IMG/VR virus record: IMGVR_UViG_3300033076_000875
Location: 1-45,901 of that record
Reading direction: 5' to 3' (one strand)
Origin: a virus
Taxonomy: Duplodnaviria > Caudoviricetes
DNA length: 45,901 bases
Position 1 is the first letter of the stretch; each line of letters begins with the position of its first letter. A program made the translations under genes and the position numbers. Under the pieces are notes generated by a model, which saw only the letters and a list, made by a program, of their open reading frames with translations, did no database searches and was not told where the DNA came from. Of this stretch, positions 1-9,100 are shown in pieces.

Positions 1-126
1 GGACGAAAGCCCATACGGAGCCTCGCCATACCCGCCCGCAGGAGGGACGGGCATGAGCGAGTACCCACCCGTCCCGTACAGGACGAGGGGCGAACCGTAG
101 CCGGGGCCGGGAAGGTAGACAGGCAC
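1..126 (-). CDS. 5' part of a gene running off the left edge; Gly/Tyr/Pro-rich N-terminus, probably a virion protein
   Basis: Read by hand: AGGAG RBS (131-135), then GTG at 126, open frame MPVYLPGPGYGSPLVLYGTGGYSLMPVPPAGGYGEAPYGLSS to the edge. Confidence 0.65.
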   Translation of the reverse strand, partial: MPVYLPGPGYGSPLVLYGTGGYSLMPVPPAGGYGEAPYGLSS

Positions 127-160
127 GCTGCTCCTGCGTCACTTGCAGAGGTGAGGGCAA

Positions 161-198
161 GTGGGTGGGCACGAGCAGGGCTGCTCGTGCCCACCCAC
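161..198. repeat. Perfect 18-bp inverted repeat with 2-nt spacer
   Basis: GTGGGTGGGCACGAGCAG-GG-CTGCTCGTGCCCACCCAC, intergenic, just 3' of gene 208-813. Confidence 0.9.
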
Positions 199-207
199 AC
201 CACTACA

Positions 208-813
208 TTAGGTCTTCGGAGCGATGACGAACCACACGAGCACCTCGGCCTTGCCTGCCGAGGGCGTCCCCGTGGCGGGAGTGAACGTGTAGAGCACGTT
301 CACGGGCGAAGCCCCCACGTTCGTGTACTGCTCGCGGGAGTAGACACCCTGCACCGTGAGGTTGTTCTGTGCCGTCGTCATGAACGCAGACGTGCTGCCC
401 GAGTACCCGACCTCCAACGTCACAGGCCCCGTGCCGTTAAACGCCGGGGAAACAATCACTTGCACCTTCGTGACCTTTGCTCCAGCGGGCAGGGCATAGG
501 TAGAAGTGGGCATCGGAGAAATAGAGGTGTTCCAGTTAATCGTCTTGGCGACGATTTGCTCGGCAGCGTTGACCACCGGAGCGGTGTCAACGTATGCCTT
601 GGTCGCCACGTCGTCGTTGTTGGTGGGCGCACCAACCTGCATCGAGGCGAGGGTCGAGCCGTTGGCCTTGTACAACTTGGCAAGACCGCCGACGTTCTGA
701 AGGGCGAGGGTGTTTGTGCTTGTGATACCACCGGAACCTACGGCATCTGCAATGCGGAAGGAGTCGTCGGTAGTACCGTTGACGTTACTGACTGCGGGGT
801 CGTTGAGAGCCAT
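208..813 (-). CDS. Virion structural protein (fibre-neck-like motif plus C-terminal beta-sandwich/cement-like domain)
   Basis: 201 aa, AGGAG RBS; PTNNDDVATKAYVD motif typical of phage fibre/adhesin necks; C-terminal LPAGAKV..V.V..AF....L.VG pattern. Confidence 0.6.
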   Translation of the reverse strand: MALNDPAVSNVNGTTDDSFRIADAVGSGGITSTNTLALQNVGGLAKLYKANGSTLASMQVGAPTNNDDVATKAYVDTAPVVNAAEQIVAKTINWNTSISPMPTSTYALPAGAKVTKVQVIVSPAFNGTGPVTLEVGYSGSTSAFMTTAQNNLTVQGVYSREQYTNVGASPVNVLYTFTPATGTPSAGKAEVLVWFVIAPKT

Positions 814-831
814 GAGAAACTCCTACGCTTG

Positions 832-1599
832 TTAGGCGCGGTAGAGGTCGAAGACGAAGAAACCTGCACCCTGCGTACTGATGCCGGGAGACAGGGTGAC
901 GGTGAGAATGTCGGGTGCAGGTATGTCGGCGTATGCTTCGTTTAGGTATAGACCGCCCAAGGTCGGAGCAGACTCCGTTGCCTTGAGGTAGAGGTTCGCC
1001 GTCCCCGTGTCCCCAACCTCGACGGTGGTAGCGGGGTCGTCAAAGGTCGTCGTGTAGCGCAGCCCGACGCGCATGAGCACGTCCCCTGCGTTCAGCGTCG
1101 TCACGTTGATAGGCGAGGGAGTGGCGAACGTGAAGTTCACCCTCACCCGCTCGGTGTGCGTGCCGCCCGACGTGATGAGCGACTCAAGCAGTTGCAGGTT
1201 GTAGTTTTGGTCGTTCGCCCACCCCTCGGGCGTGGCGTCCACGGGGATGATGCCCGTGCCATCGCGGCGTTCACCCGCAGCCACGAGGCGAAGCCCCGCA
1301 GTCGTGAGCGCACGGAGGCGAACGTACTGTGTGCTCTCGGTGCCCGTGCCCGCGTTCGTGACGAGCCGAACAAGGTATGGCCCGTTGAGGTCAACGGTGA
1401 ATGTCCCCGGCGAGACTGCTGCCGACGAACCCGAGAACGCTGCCGTCGAGCCGTCCGGTACGAACACGAGCGACCACGCATAGGTGGTCGCAGGGTCGAT
1501 AGCGGTGACCGTAACGACATCACCAACCACGAGGTCGTCGCGGCTGGCGTCGTCAACAGGGTTCAGCCCGTTTCGTAGGCTTCGTATCCTTGCGGCCAT
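832..1599 (-). CDS. Virion structural protein (PKD/Ig-like N-domain plus C-terminal domain paralogous to 208-813)
   Basis: Start moved to ATG 1599 (MAARIRS..., 255 aa); TYAWSL...P.GS.A...GPYLVRL is PKD-like; Thr/Gly/Val-rich. Confidence 0.6.
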   Translation of the reverse strand: MAARIRSLRNGLNPVDDASRDDLVVGDVVTVTAIDPATTYAWSLVFVPDGSTAAFSGSSAAVSPGTFTVDLNGPYLVRLVTNAGTGTESTQYVRLRALTTAGLRLVAAGERRDGTGIIPVDATPEGWANDQNYNLQLLESLITSGGTHTERVRVNFTFATPSPINVTTLNAGDVLMRVGLRYTTTFDDPATTVEVGDTGTANLYLKATESAPTLGGLYLNEAYADIPAPDILTVTLSPGISTQGAGFFVFDLYRA

Positions 1600-1626
1600 T
1601 CGTGTTCTCTCGGGAAGGCGGGGGAG

Positions 1627-1641
1627 ATAGACGAGGCACCG
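1627..1641 (-). promoter_or_regulatory. Candidate late promoter motif CGNTR-N6-YTAT
   Basis: CGGTG-CCTCGT-CTAT about 27 nt upstream of ATG 1599; similar motif precedes four other minus-strand genes. Confidence 0.35.
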
Positions 1642-1679
1642 TCGCCCCGACTTCCGCACCTTACCAAGAGAACCGCCGA

Positions 1680-2030
1680 CTACAACTCGTCCTTGTACAT
1701 GACGAGGGTGGGGAAGCCCTTCGCGTTGGGCTGATAGATGCCCACGCGCCCATCCTCCTCGACACGCTCACAGGTGTCGGGGTTGATGCCGTCCTCCTCA
1801 CAGAAGGCGCGGAAGCGCGCCGTCTTGAGTTCCGCGAGGGCGTGTGCCTCACGAGCGCGCACAACGCTCTCCTCGCTCACCACGAGCGGGAACAGGTTGT
1901 GGTCGAACGCGACCTTGAGGTCGCGCATGAGCGGGCGCACCTTCACGCCGTCCACCACGACGAAACACTTGAGCGCGAACGCGCCGAAGGTGGTGGTGCC
2001 GAGGTCGGAGGGGGTGGGGTAGGTCAGCAT
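1680..2030 (-). CDS. Hypothetical accessory protein (116 aa)
   Basis: Start at ATG 2030 (MLTYPTPSDLG...) with AAGGAG RBS, downstream of motif copy 1. Confidence 0.75.
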   Translation of the reverse strand: MLTYPTPSDLGTTTFGAFALKCFVVVDGVKVRPLMRDLKVAFDHNLFPLVVSEESVVRAREAHALAELKTARFRAFCEEDGINPDTCERVEEDGRVGIYQPNAKGFPTLVMYKDEL

Positions 2031-2052
2031 GGCGTTGGCTCCTTGTGAGAGG

Positions 2053-2084
2053 AGTACGGGCGGGGTCGAGTGGGCGAAAGCCCC
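2053..2084 (-). promoter_or_regulatory. Bipartite promoter-like motif, copy 1
   Basis: GGGGCTTTCG-CCCACTCGACCCCGCC-CGTACT on minus strand (16-nt spacer), upstream of 1680-2030. Confidence 0.85.
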
Positions 2085-2110
2085 TGCTCTAACTTTTGCT
2101 GCGAATAGCA

Positions 2111-2136
2111 GAAAGCCCCGCCGAAGCGGGGCTTTC
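2111..2136 (-). terminator. Intrinsic terminator-like hairpin (C-UUCG-G tetraloop)
   Basis: Minus strand GAAAGCCCCGC-TTCG-GCGGGGCTTTC, 13 nt after the stop of 2150-2329. Confidence 0.8.
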
Positions 2137-2149
2137 GCCGTTCTGTCTC

Positions 2150-2329
2150 TCACCCGCCAATGGCGAAGGGCTTGCCCTCTGCCCGCAGAACCTCTGCGAG
2201 GAGGTATGCGTCCTCCTTCGTCATCTTGACCCACTCCATCAAGCCGGGGCGGGCCTCATCCGGCATCAGCATGAACACCATGCGGGGGGTCTGAACGAAC
2301 TGCCGACTTGCCGTGTGCCGCTTGCTCAT
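2150..2329 (-). CDS. Small hypothetical accessory protein (59 aa)
   Basis: ATG 2329 (MSKRHTASRQF...) with GAGGA RBS; has its own promoter motif and terminator. Confidence 0.7.
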   Translation of the reverse strand: MSKRHTASRQFVQTPRMVFMLMPDEARPGLMEWVKMTKEDAYLLAEVLRAEGKPFAIGG

Positions 2330-2353
2330 TGCGCTTCCTCGGTTGGTAGTGCG

Positions 2354-2385
2354 GGTACGCACGAGGAAGGCAGGGCGAAAGCCCC
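2354..2385 (-). promoter_or_regulatory. Bipartite promoter-like motif, copy 2
   Basis: GGGGCTTTCG-CCCTGCCTTCCTCGTG-CGTACC on minus strand (16-nt spacer). Confidence 0.8.
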
Positions 2386-2414
2386 TTCTACAAACTTTCT
2401 CGAAAATCACGGCA

Positions 2415-2446
2415 GGGGCTTTCGCCCCGTGCTCGTTCCCCGTACT
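2415..2446 (+). promoter_or_regulatory. Bipartite promoter-like motif, copy 3
   Basis: GGGGCTTTCG-CCCCGTGCTCGTTCCC-CGTACT; divergent from copy 2. Confidence 0.85.
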
Positions 2447-2470
2447 CCTCGCACCCCACCACTCACCAAG

Positions 2471-3128
2471 GAGGCGGGCCATGCGTACCAAGTACCCCCG
2501 CACCTACCACCTCCCGTGGTCGCTCGGTGCGACGGACGATGACAAGACCCACGACACCGCTTCCGTGGCGGGCATGTTCGCGGGCAAGGAAGTGGTCGTG
2601 ACCGAGAAGATGGACGGTGAGAACACCACCATTTACGCGGACGGCTACCTCCACGCTCGCAGCCTCGACTCGGCGCACCACCCTTCTCGGGCGTGGGTCA
2701 AGTCGAACGTGGCCCCCATGCTCGTCGGGAACCTCCCGAACGGCTGGCGCGTGTGTGGCGAGAACCTGTTCGCCAAGCACTCCTTGGGCTACGAAGCCCT
2801 GCCGACCTACTTCATGGTCTTCGCTATCTACGACGCGGACAACAACTGCCTGTCGTGGGACGAGACGGTGTTGTGGTGCGAACTGCTCGGCCTCACGCAC
2901 GTCCCCGTGCTCTACCGTGGCAAGTGGGACGAGGCCCGCGTGAAGGCGTGCTACACGGGCAAGAGCGCGTGTGGCGTCGAGGGTGAGGGCTACGTCGTCC
3001 GCACCGCCGAGGGCTTCGCTTACGAGGGCTTTGCGGCTCACGCGGCGAAGTTCGTGCGGGCGAACCACGTCACCACGGGTTCGGTGCATTGGGCGCACGC
3101 CGCCGTCGTTCCGAACAAGGTCGCGTGA
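2471..3128 (+). CDS. ATP-dependent RNA ligase family protein (Rnl2-like nucleotidyltransferase)
   Basis: Start ATG 2471 with AAGGAGG RBS (218 aa); KYPRTYHLPWS, motif I TEKMDGEN, GE, F..F.I, EGYVVR and AKFVR motifs. Confidence 0.9.
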
Positions 3129-3141
3129 AAAAGTGAGGGCA

Positions 3142-3173
3142 GGGGCTTTCGGGCCTCTGCCCTCCTCCGTACT
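3142..3173 (+). promoter_or_regulatory. Bipartite promoter-like motif, copy 4
   Basis: GGGGCTTTCG-GGCCTCTGCCCTCCTC-CGTACT. Confidence 0.85.
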
Positions 3174-3197
3174 CCCTGCACCACCACGGAGCACTCA

Positions 3198-3437
3198 ATG
3201 TTCACCGCCACCATCATGCCCGCCCCCAACGGCCCCTCCTACCTCCTCGTCACCGCAGAGGGTGCGAACGGCGAGTATTTCGGGGGTTGGTTGGTGTCCG
3301 TAAAGCAGATGGCACTCGCCAAGCGGCTCGCCCGCGCCATTGAGGCGGGCAAGGCTGTCAAGATGGTCAACGGCATCAAGACGAACTACGTCACGATCCA
3401 CACCATGAACGCCGACCTCAAGCGTCTCGGCTTCTGA
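3198..3437 (+). CDS. Hypothetical accessory protein (79 aa)
   Basis: GGAG RBS, GC3-rich codons, own promoter motif. Confidence 0.8.
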   Translation: MFTATIMPAPNGPSYLLVTAEGANGEYFGGWLVSVKQMALAKRLARAIEAGKAVKMVNGIKTNYVTIHTMNADLKRLGF

Positions 3438-3450
3438 AAAAAGAGCGGGA

Positions 3451-3482
3451 GGGGGTTTCGCTCCCTCACCCTCCTCCGTACC
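3451..3482 (+). promoter_or_regulatory. Bipartite promoter-like motif, copy 5
   Basis: GGGGGTTTCG-CTCCCTCACCCTCCTC-CGTACC. Confidence 0.8.
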
Positions 3483-3529
3483 CCTCTCACACCCCCACCC
3501 CGTTCTGCTGTGCAGACAAGGAGCCTCAA

Positions 3530-3973
3530 ATGTTCGTCCGCGCCCCCGCTTTCCGCATCGGTGACCTCGTTGAGTTCGGTCGTCCCAACGGGGAAAAGAC
3601 CGAGGGCCGCGTCGTCCGCGTCAACGCGGCGAGCATCACCATCGAGCAGACCGAGGCTCGTGGCGTGAGCCGCATCCGTGAAGCGGGTGCCAAGTGGCGG
3701 GTTCACCCGTCGCTTGTTCGGCTCGTCAGCAGCGGCAGCGGCCCTGCCGCGAGCGCGGCTCCGGTCGCCCCGAAGGCCAAGCGCAGCGAGGCCGACCTCC
3801 TCGCGGCCTTGCGCCGCATCGAGGGCGACCTCTCGCCCGAGAACCTGTATTGGGACGGCGAGCGCAGCCGCGCCGAGGCCCGTCGCGCAGAGAGCCGCCT
3901 CATGGCCGAGCGTAGCGTGGTCGTCGCGGAACTCGGTCGCGAGCCGACCCCCCGCGAACTGTGGGGCTTCTGA
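3530..3973 (+). CDS. Hypothetical two-domain protein (SH3/KOW-like N-domain, Ala-rich linker, LSPENL.WDGE C-domain)
   Basis: AAGGAG RBS; FRIGDLVEF...GRVVRVN...I pattern; 147 aa. Confidence 0.75.
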   Translation: MFVRAPAFRIGDLVEFGRPNGEKTEGRVVRVNAASITIEQTEARGVSRIREAGAKWRVHPSLVRLVSSGSGPAASAAPVAPKAKRSEADLLAALRRIEGDLSPENLYWDGERSRAEARRAESRLMAERSVVVAELGREPTPRELWGF

Positions 3974-3974
3974 T

Positions 3975-4436
3975 ATGCAGACGTTCCTCCCCCGCGCTTC
4001 CTACAAGGGGAGCGCGCAAGTGCTCGACCGTCAGCGGCTCGGCAAGCAGCGGGTCGAAGGCTTGCAGTTGCTCAAGGGGCAATGGGCCAACCACCCTGCG
4101 TCCCGCATGTGGCGCGGCCACGAAGGCGCGTTGGCACGGTACGTCCTCGCCGTGTGCGAGGAGTGGGTTGCCCGAGGCTACATGGACACCTGTGCCGACA
4201 AGGTGCGGGAACTCGTGGACGCCCACCCCGAGTGGAACACGGTAGCCCCTCCGTGGTTCGGAGACGAGGTGTTCCACCGAGCGCACCGCTCCAACCTCGT
4301 CCGCAAGTCTCCCGAGCACTACGCCCCGCTCTTTGAGCACGGGCTTCCTGCCGACCTTCCGTACCTGTGGCCCACCACCTCGCAGGTAAAGCGAGCGCAT
4401 GTCCGACCGCTACATGACCGTCGCAGCCATGCTTGA
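3975..4436 (+). CDS. Pyrimidine-dimer DNA glycosylase / endonuclease V-like protein (MSMEG_6728 family)
   Basis: Start at ATG 3975 (MQTFLP); LDRQRLGKQRVE, W.NHPA.RMW.G, PPW.GD...H..H.SNL.RK.P..Y and LPY.WP family signature. Confidence 0.9.
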   Translation: MQTFLPRASYKGSAQVLDRQRLGKQRVEGLQLLKGQWANHPASRMWRGHEGALARYVLAVCEEWVARGYMDTCADKVRELVDAHPEWNTVAPPWFGDEVFHRAHRSNLVRKSPEHYAPLFEHGLPADLPYLWPTTSQVKRAHVRPLHDRRSHA

Positions 4437-4845
4437 CGACCCCGAGAACCTCCTCTGCGTCCTGCGGGAAATGCGGAGGAGGTTCGGCGTATGGCCCGAG
4501 GCCGCGAGCCTCTACGCCGCCCCTTGGCGCGAGGTCACCGTCAGCCCCCGAGGGGTCAAGACCACCTACTACGCCTTGACCCGCTTGCAGGGGGTCAACA
4601 CCGACACGGGCACAACTCAACTGCTTGCCCGAGTAGAGCACGACGGGGAAAGCGGGTGGGACTTGTCCACAAGCGAGGGGAACTTCGGCCCGTTCGACAC
4701 CGCCGACGAAGCCAAGAAGGAGGCCGAGCGCATCCTCTTGGAGAGCGGCGAGGTCGCCCACTTGCTCACGGAAATGCCGTGGACGCCCGAGGACGACATG
4801 GAGTGGCCGCTGCCCGCTCCTGCTCGCGAAGCCCCCTACAGGTAG
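4399..4845 (+). CDS. Hypothetical protein (148 aa)
   Basis: Overlaps the previous gene's end; GPF.T.DEAK..AE motif common in phage hypotheticals; 3' end overlaps the convergent baseplate gene. Confidence 0.7.
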   Translation: MSDRYMTVAAMLDDPENLLCVLREMRRRFGVWPEAASLYAAPWREVTVSPRGVKTTYYALTRLQGVNTDTGTTQLLARVEHDGESGWDLSTSEGNFGPFDTADEAKKEAERILLESGEVAHLLTEMPWTPEDDMEWPLPAPAREAPYR

Positions 4846-6116
4846 AACTGCACCGAGGCGTCCTCGCCCGTCACCGTCTGCGGGGAGCGCACGCCGAGCC
4901 TGTCCACGTCCACCTCGTAGGGGGTGCTTCCCGTGGACGGAAACCTGCGGTCTACCTTGAGCGTGGAGGGCGAGACGCGGACGCTCGTGCCCGACACGCC
5001 CGAAGAACCTACGGCCCCGCCCGTGCTTCCGAGCACCGTGTCCAAGCGGTACGCCCCTGCGTTGGCCCCGCCCGTAATGGTCACTTGCTCGTTCTCTGCG
5101 GCAAGCCCCCAATCTTGCGCGGGGTCGGTGAGCGTGTCGGGAGCCGAAGCCGTGAGCGTGCCCGTCAGCCCCGTAGGTGACGTGGTGTAGGCACGAGGCG
5201 TGCTGTCCGTACCGCCAAGCAGGGCCACGAGAGCCGTGACCGTGTACTGCCCTGCGTTTGCTCCCGAGGGTACGCGAAGAACTGCACCGGGGCGCACCGA
5301 GTAGAACGATAGCGAAGGGTCGGTAAGCAGCGTGCGGGGAGGGAGCACCATGCCCGTGCCCGAGACTTCCTTGGCCCCCTCGCAGTACTTGCGGGCGTCG
5401 TCGTAGTAGTAACTCTCCATCGCAATGGAAAGCCCCTCCTCGTCGTCAGCCACCTTCTCAAAAGCGTCGGTGAACAGGTACGAGTAGGTGTAGAGGACGT
5501 GTGCAGGCTTGAGGGCCGCGAGCACCTTGCGGGCGTTCTGCTCCATCGTGAACGGGTCAGCAGGAAAGCCGCCCCCCACCGTAGAAACGAATATCTCCAC
5601 CCCGAACTGATCGAGCAGGGTCTTTCCCCCCGCAGGGTCACGCGGAGGCGTGGCGAGATAGTTCTCGACCAACTGCACCACGAGGTCGGGGTCGAGGAGT
5701 TCGACGCCCTCCTTCATGGACTTCGCCGTGGCCCCCTGCAAGAGCAGCCGCACCATGCCGCGCAGGAACTCGCGGTAGCGCAAGTCGCCGTCTATTTGCG
5801 GTGTGTCTCCGGTCGGGAACACGAGCGTGCCGAGGGCTTGCCACAGGAACTCGGGGCGGGTGAAGTCCCACGAACTGTCCTTGAGCACCTCGTTCGCTGT
5901 GAGTTGTGCGTCTACGAGTTGCTCCAACATGGCTTGGAATTGAAGCGTGTACCAAGGCCCGTTGACCTGTGAGACGTAGTTCGACGGGAGCACCGACCGA
6001 AACGTCTGCATGAGCAGGGCCACGAGAGCCTGCTTGTTGGCTTGGTACGCCTGTCCTGTCACCGGAGACGGTGCAGGGTTCTGCGCCTCCGTGAACGGTA
6101 CGAGGGGCTTGCTCAT
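4836..6116 (-). CDS. Baseplate wedge protein (P2 gpI / T4 gp7-like position)
   Basis: Follows the gpJ-like gene; D..YREFL...V.LLL.G.T and LKPAHV.Y motifs typical of gpI-like proteins; 426 aa. Confidence 0.65.
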   Translation of the reverse strand: MSKPLVPFTEAQNPAPSPVTGQAYQANKQALVALLMQTFRSVLPSNYVSQVNGPWYTLQFQAMLEQLVDAQLTANEVLKDSSWDFTRPEFLWQALGTLVFPTGDTPQIDGDLRYREFLRGMVRLLLQGATAKSMKEGVELLDPDLVVQLVENYLATPPRDPAGGKTLLDQFGVEIFVSTVGGGFPADPFTMEQNARKVLAALKPAHVLYTYSYLFTDAFEKVADDEEGLSIAMESYYYDDARKYCEGAKEVSGTGMVLPPRTLLTDPSLSFYSVRPGAVLRVPSGANAGQYTVTALVALLGGTDSTPRAYTTSPTGLTGTLTASAPDTLTDPAQDWGLAAENEQVTITGGANAGAYRLDTVLGSTGGAVGSSGVSGTSVRVSPSTLKVDRRFPSTGSTPYEVDVDRLGVRSPQTVTGEDASVQFYL

Positions 6117-6119
6117 GGC

Positions 6120-9100
6120 TTACCGTGCCTCGTCGTAGGTGAACGTCAACGTGCCAAGCGTAAGGCACTCTGCCTCGCCAGGGTCAACGTCCTTGGCCCC
6201 CTTGTCCACCCCCACGATGTAGGTCGTGGCATAGGTGTGTGCCGTGGGAGAGTCACCGATAGCAAGCGACACGAGCACGCGGTTCGCCGTGAGTTCCAAC
6301 CGCCGTGCGGTAATCTGCGACGTGGTGGTGTACCCCTCGGCAATGAGCGTGGTGTCGTCGGAGTAGCCCGTGATGCTGCGACCCCCACTTCCGAGAATGT
6401 AGGCTCGTCCCGCTGCGGTGCCGAGAGACGTAAGCAGCGCGTCGGATGCGAGGAGGTCGAGTGCCACCTCGTCTTGAAATACACCCTTGTAGTCCCCCAC
6501 CGCACCACCGCCGTCCACGGTCGCCGCCGAGAGTTCTTGGTTGATGATGTAGACGAGGGCCGAGGAAGTCGTGAGCGACGTGATGAGCGTGCTGTCGTAA
6601 GCCACGTCGGTGGAGAGCACCTCCTGCACCACTTGACTGCCCTTCTGCCGCACCAACTTGGACAAGGGCACGACGATGTAGGAGACGCCTGCGGTGTTCT
6701 CCATGACAGAGATAATGTCCGACTGCCGCACGGCGTCCCCGAGCCGCAACTGCGCGAAGAAGTTCGTGAGGTTCGTGCGGAGTGCGGTGTCCACGGCACT
6801 TCGGTCTTGACCTTGCCCCAACACGAGGGTGGCTTCAATGTCGAGGGGGACGACCACCGCTTCCTTGGCAAGCACGTCCGCAGTCGCGTGCTTCTTCTCG
6901 TCAATGGCGTTCTGTGCCACGGACACGATCACGTTGGTCTTGTAGGTCACGACAAAGTTCTCGTCGTGGGCGTAGTCGATGAGCACCGTCGCCCCGTTCG
7001 GTATATCCCCCGTTTCGGTGCGCCGAATGGAGACTGCCGTGGTTTGCGTGCCGAGGTCAATGGTGTAGTCGTAGTCCCCCGAGGGGTCGTTCGGCCCCTT
7101 GTATTGCACCGTCTTGTCTGCGTTCCACACCTCAATGGTGTAGTAGAGCGCGCCAAGGTTGTCCAAGAACTCGGGGTAGGCACCAATGAGCACATGGCTC
7201 TCGCTCGTGACCGTAAGAGCCTCGCCCGTGGGGATCAACGCCCCTGTCGTGGGGTCAGAGTAGCCGCTGATGTTGAGGTAGTCCCCCGCAAGCGTACTCC
7301 TGCCATAAGCAAGGGGAGAGTTCGGGTGGTAGAGCGTGTAGGCCGTCGCGGGAAGCGTGCCGCTTACCACCCCCACGACCGAGGTGACGCTTGCCACGGG
7401 TTGACGGGGAAGAACAAAGTCCACCCCTGCGCGGCGACGGTACGAACCGAGCACCACGTCCGTGAGGGTCACCGTGGGCTGCGCGACCGAGGTGCTCAAC
7501 TGCACGGTGTTGTACGAAGTGATGGTCACGCCCGTGAGATCGAACACCTCGCCCGTCGTCGCGTTCTTGAACTCGTAGCCCGCGAGGGGGTAATCGAGAA
7601 CCTCGATGATGGGGTTCGTGGGCGACAGGTTCGGGTCAATGGCTTGGAAAGTGAGGTTTGCAGGATCGCCCGCGAGCACGAACTGAACGTCCTGCGCGAC
7701 CTCGTAGGTGAACGCAAAGGTGTCGGTGACCGTGGCGAGGTTCGTGCCCTGCACCCACACGTCCACCTTGCCCCCGAGGTGTTGGCCGTTGTACAAATCC
7801 CGCTGCATGAGCGGGTTGCCCGCCCCCACGACAGACACCGACACCACGCTTGGAACAGCAGCAGCCGTTTGGTAGTAGCCCCGCTCCGTGCCGCTATCTA
7901 CGGAGGCAAGGGTGTTCAGCACCCGCTCGGTGAGCGCGAGGTTGCTCTCCGTGGTGTCACCCCCAAACATGGCCGCAGCATTCGTCACGGACAGGGTGGG
8001 GATGCGGGTGACAAGGGCGCGCACTTGTCCCGCACCCACGTTCCCCGAAGGGCCAGCCGTCACCGCCCGCACGGGGATCGTGACTTGATAGCGGCCCGTC
8101 ACGGGGTTGTAGTACGAGGCGAGTTGCGCGAAGGAGATAGACGCTGCACGGGTGGTGGTGAACTGCTGCCCCCCACCCGTGACAACGGTGCCCAACCCTA
8201 TGACGAGCGACCCCGTGGGCCGAGTCGTCGTGTAGAACGTGACCTCACCCTGTGCGTAGGTGCTCGTGCGCCGCACCACCCCGAAGTTCGACGCATAAGC
8301 GTCAAAGCAGGAGTTGATGAGTGCTTGCACGGAAGCGTCCGAGGTGAGGTAGAACGCTGCCTTCAAGCCTATCTTGTAGGGGGAGGACGGTACGGCAATG
8401 CTCGTCCCCGAACCCGTGGGGTCGTCCACTTGCAAGAGCAGCGTGGGCGTCCGAGCGCGGTGGAAGAAGTCGAGGACGAACCGCAGCCGCTCCGACTCCG
8501 AAGAAAACGGATCGATGACGGTATCCCGAAGCACCGACCCTGCTTCGACTTTGATTTGCGGGTTCGACCTGTGAACAGCCGTGATGAACGACCGCACGAT
8601 GTCTTGCCGAGAAGTCGTCGGAAATGCCCCAAGTGCGGTGGTGATGGACAGGGGGTGGGCAACCAACTCGGGAGAGAAGGTGCTCTCGTACTCCACGTTC
8701 TGCGAAGCGTTGTAGTAGACCGCCGTGACGACGTAGTAGAGAGGCGTCTCCGACATGGCCGAGGCGAATGAACCCACCGAGATCGTGGGGGGCGTGCTCG
8801 TAGGGGTGGCGAGGCGGTTGTGCTCAAAGGAGTAGACCACCACGTTCTCCACCGAGGAGAGCGTGCCCGAAAGCCTCAACTTGCGGGCTGTCTCGGGTAC
8901 TGCGTAGGCTTCGTTGAGGTCAGTCTGCAAGACCGCCCCGTTGCCATCTTCCTGCGCCGCCGTGAGCCGCCAATAGAGGGGGTCAGCCACGGGGTTGCCG
9001 AGAGAGTCCACGAGAACGTCCGCGTCCGTCAGCACCGTGGCAAACGCGGTGGTTGTCTGTGTCGTGACGCCTGCCGTGACGGTGTTGAGGTTCACACGGG

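Noticed and set aside
2127-2160. Extra GGGCTTTCG hits (2127-2137, 44131-44139, and 4-12 on the minus strand) as more promoter copies
   Set aside because: No CGTAC 16 nt downstream; two are terminator arms and one lies inside a coding frame
2053-3482. Repeated motif as a CRISPR array or integron attC array
   Set aside because: Units are separated by whole genes and occur in both orientations; the conserved parts are two short boxes without attC-type dyad symmetry; no cas or integrase gene in the window
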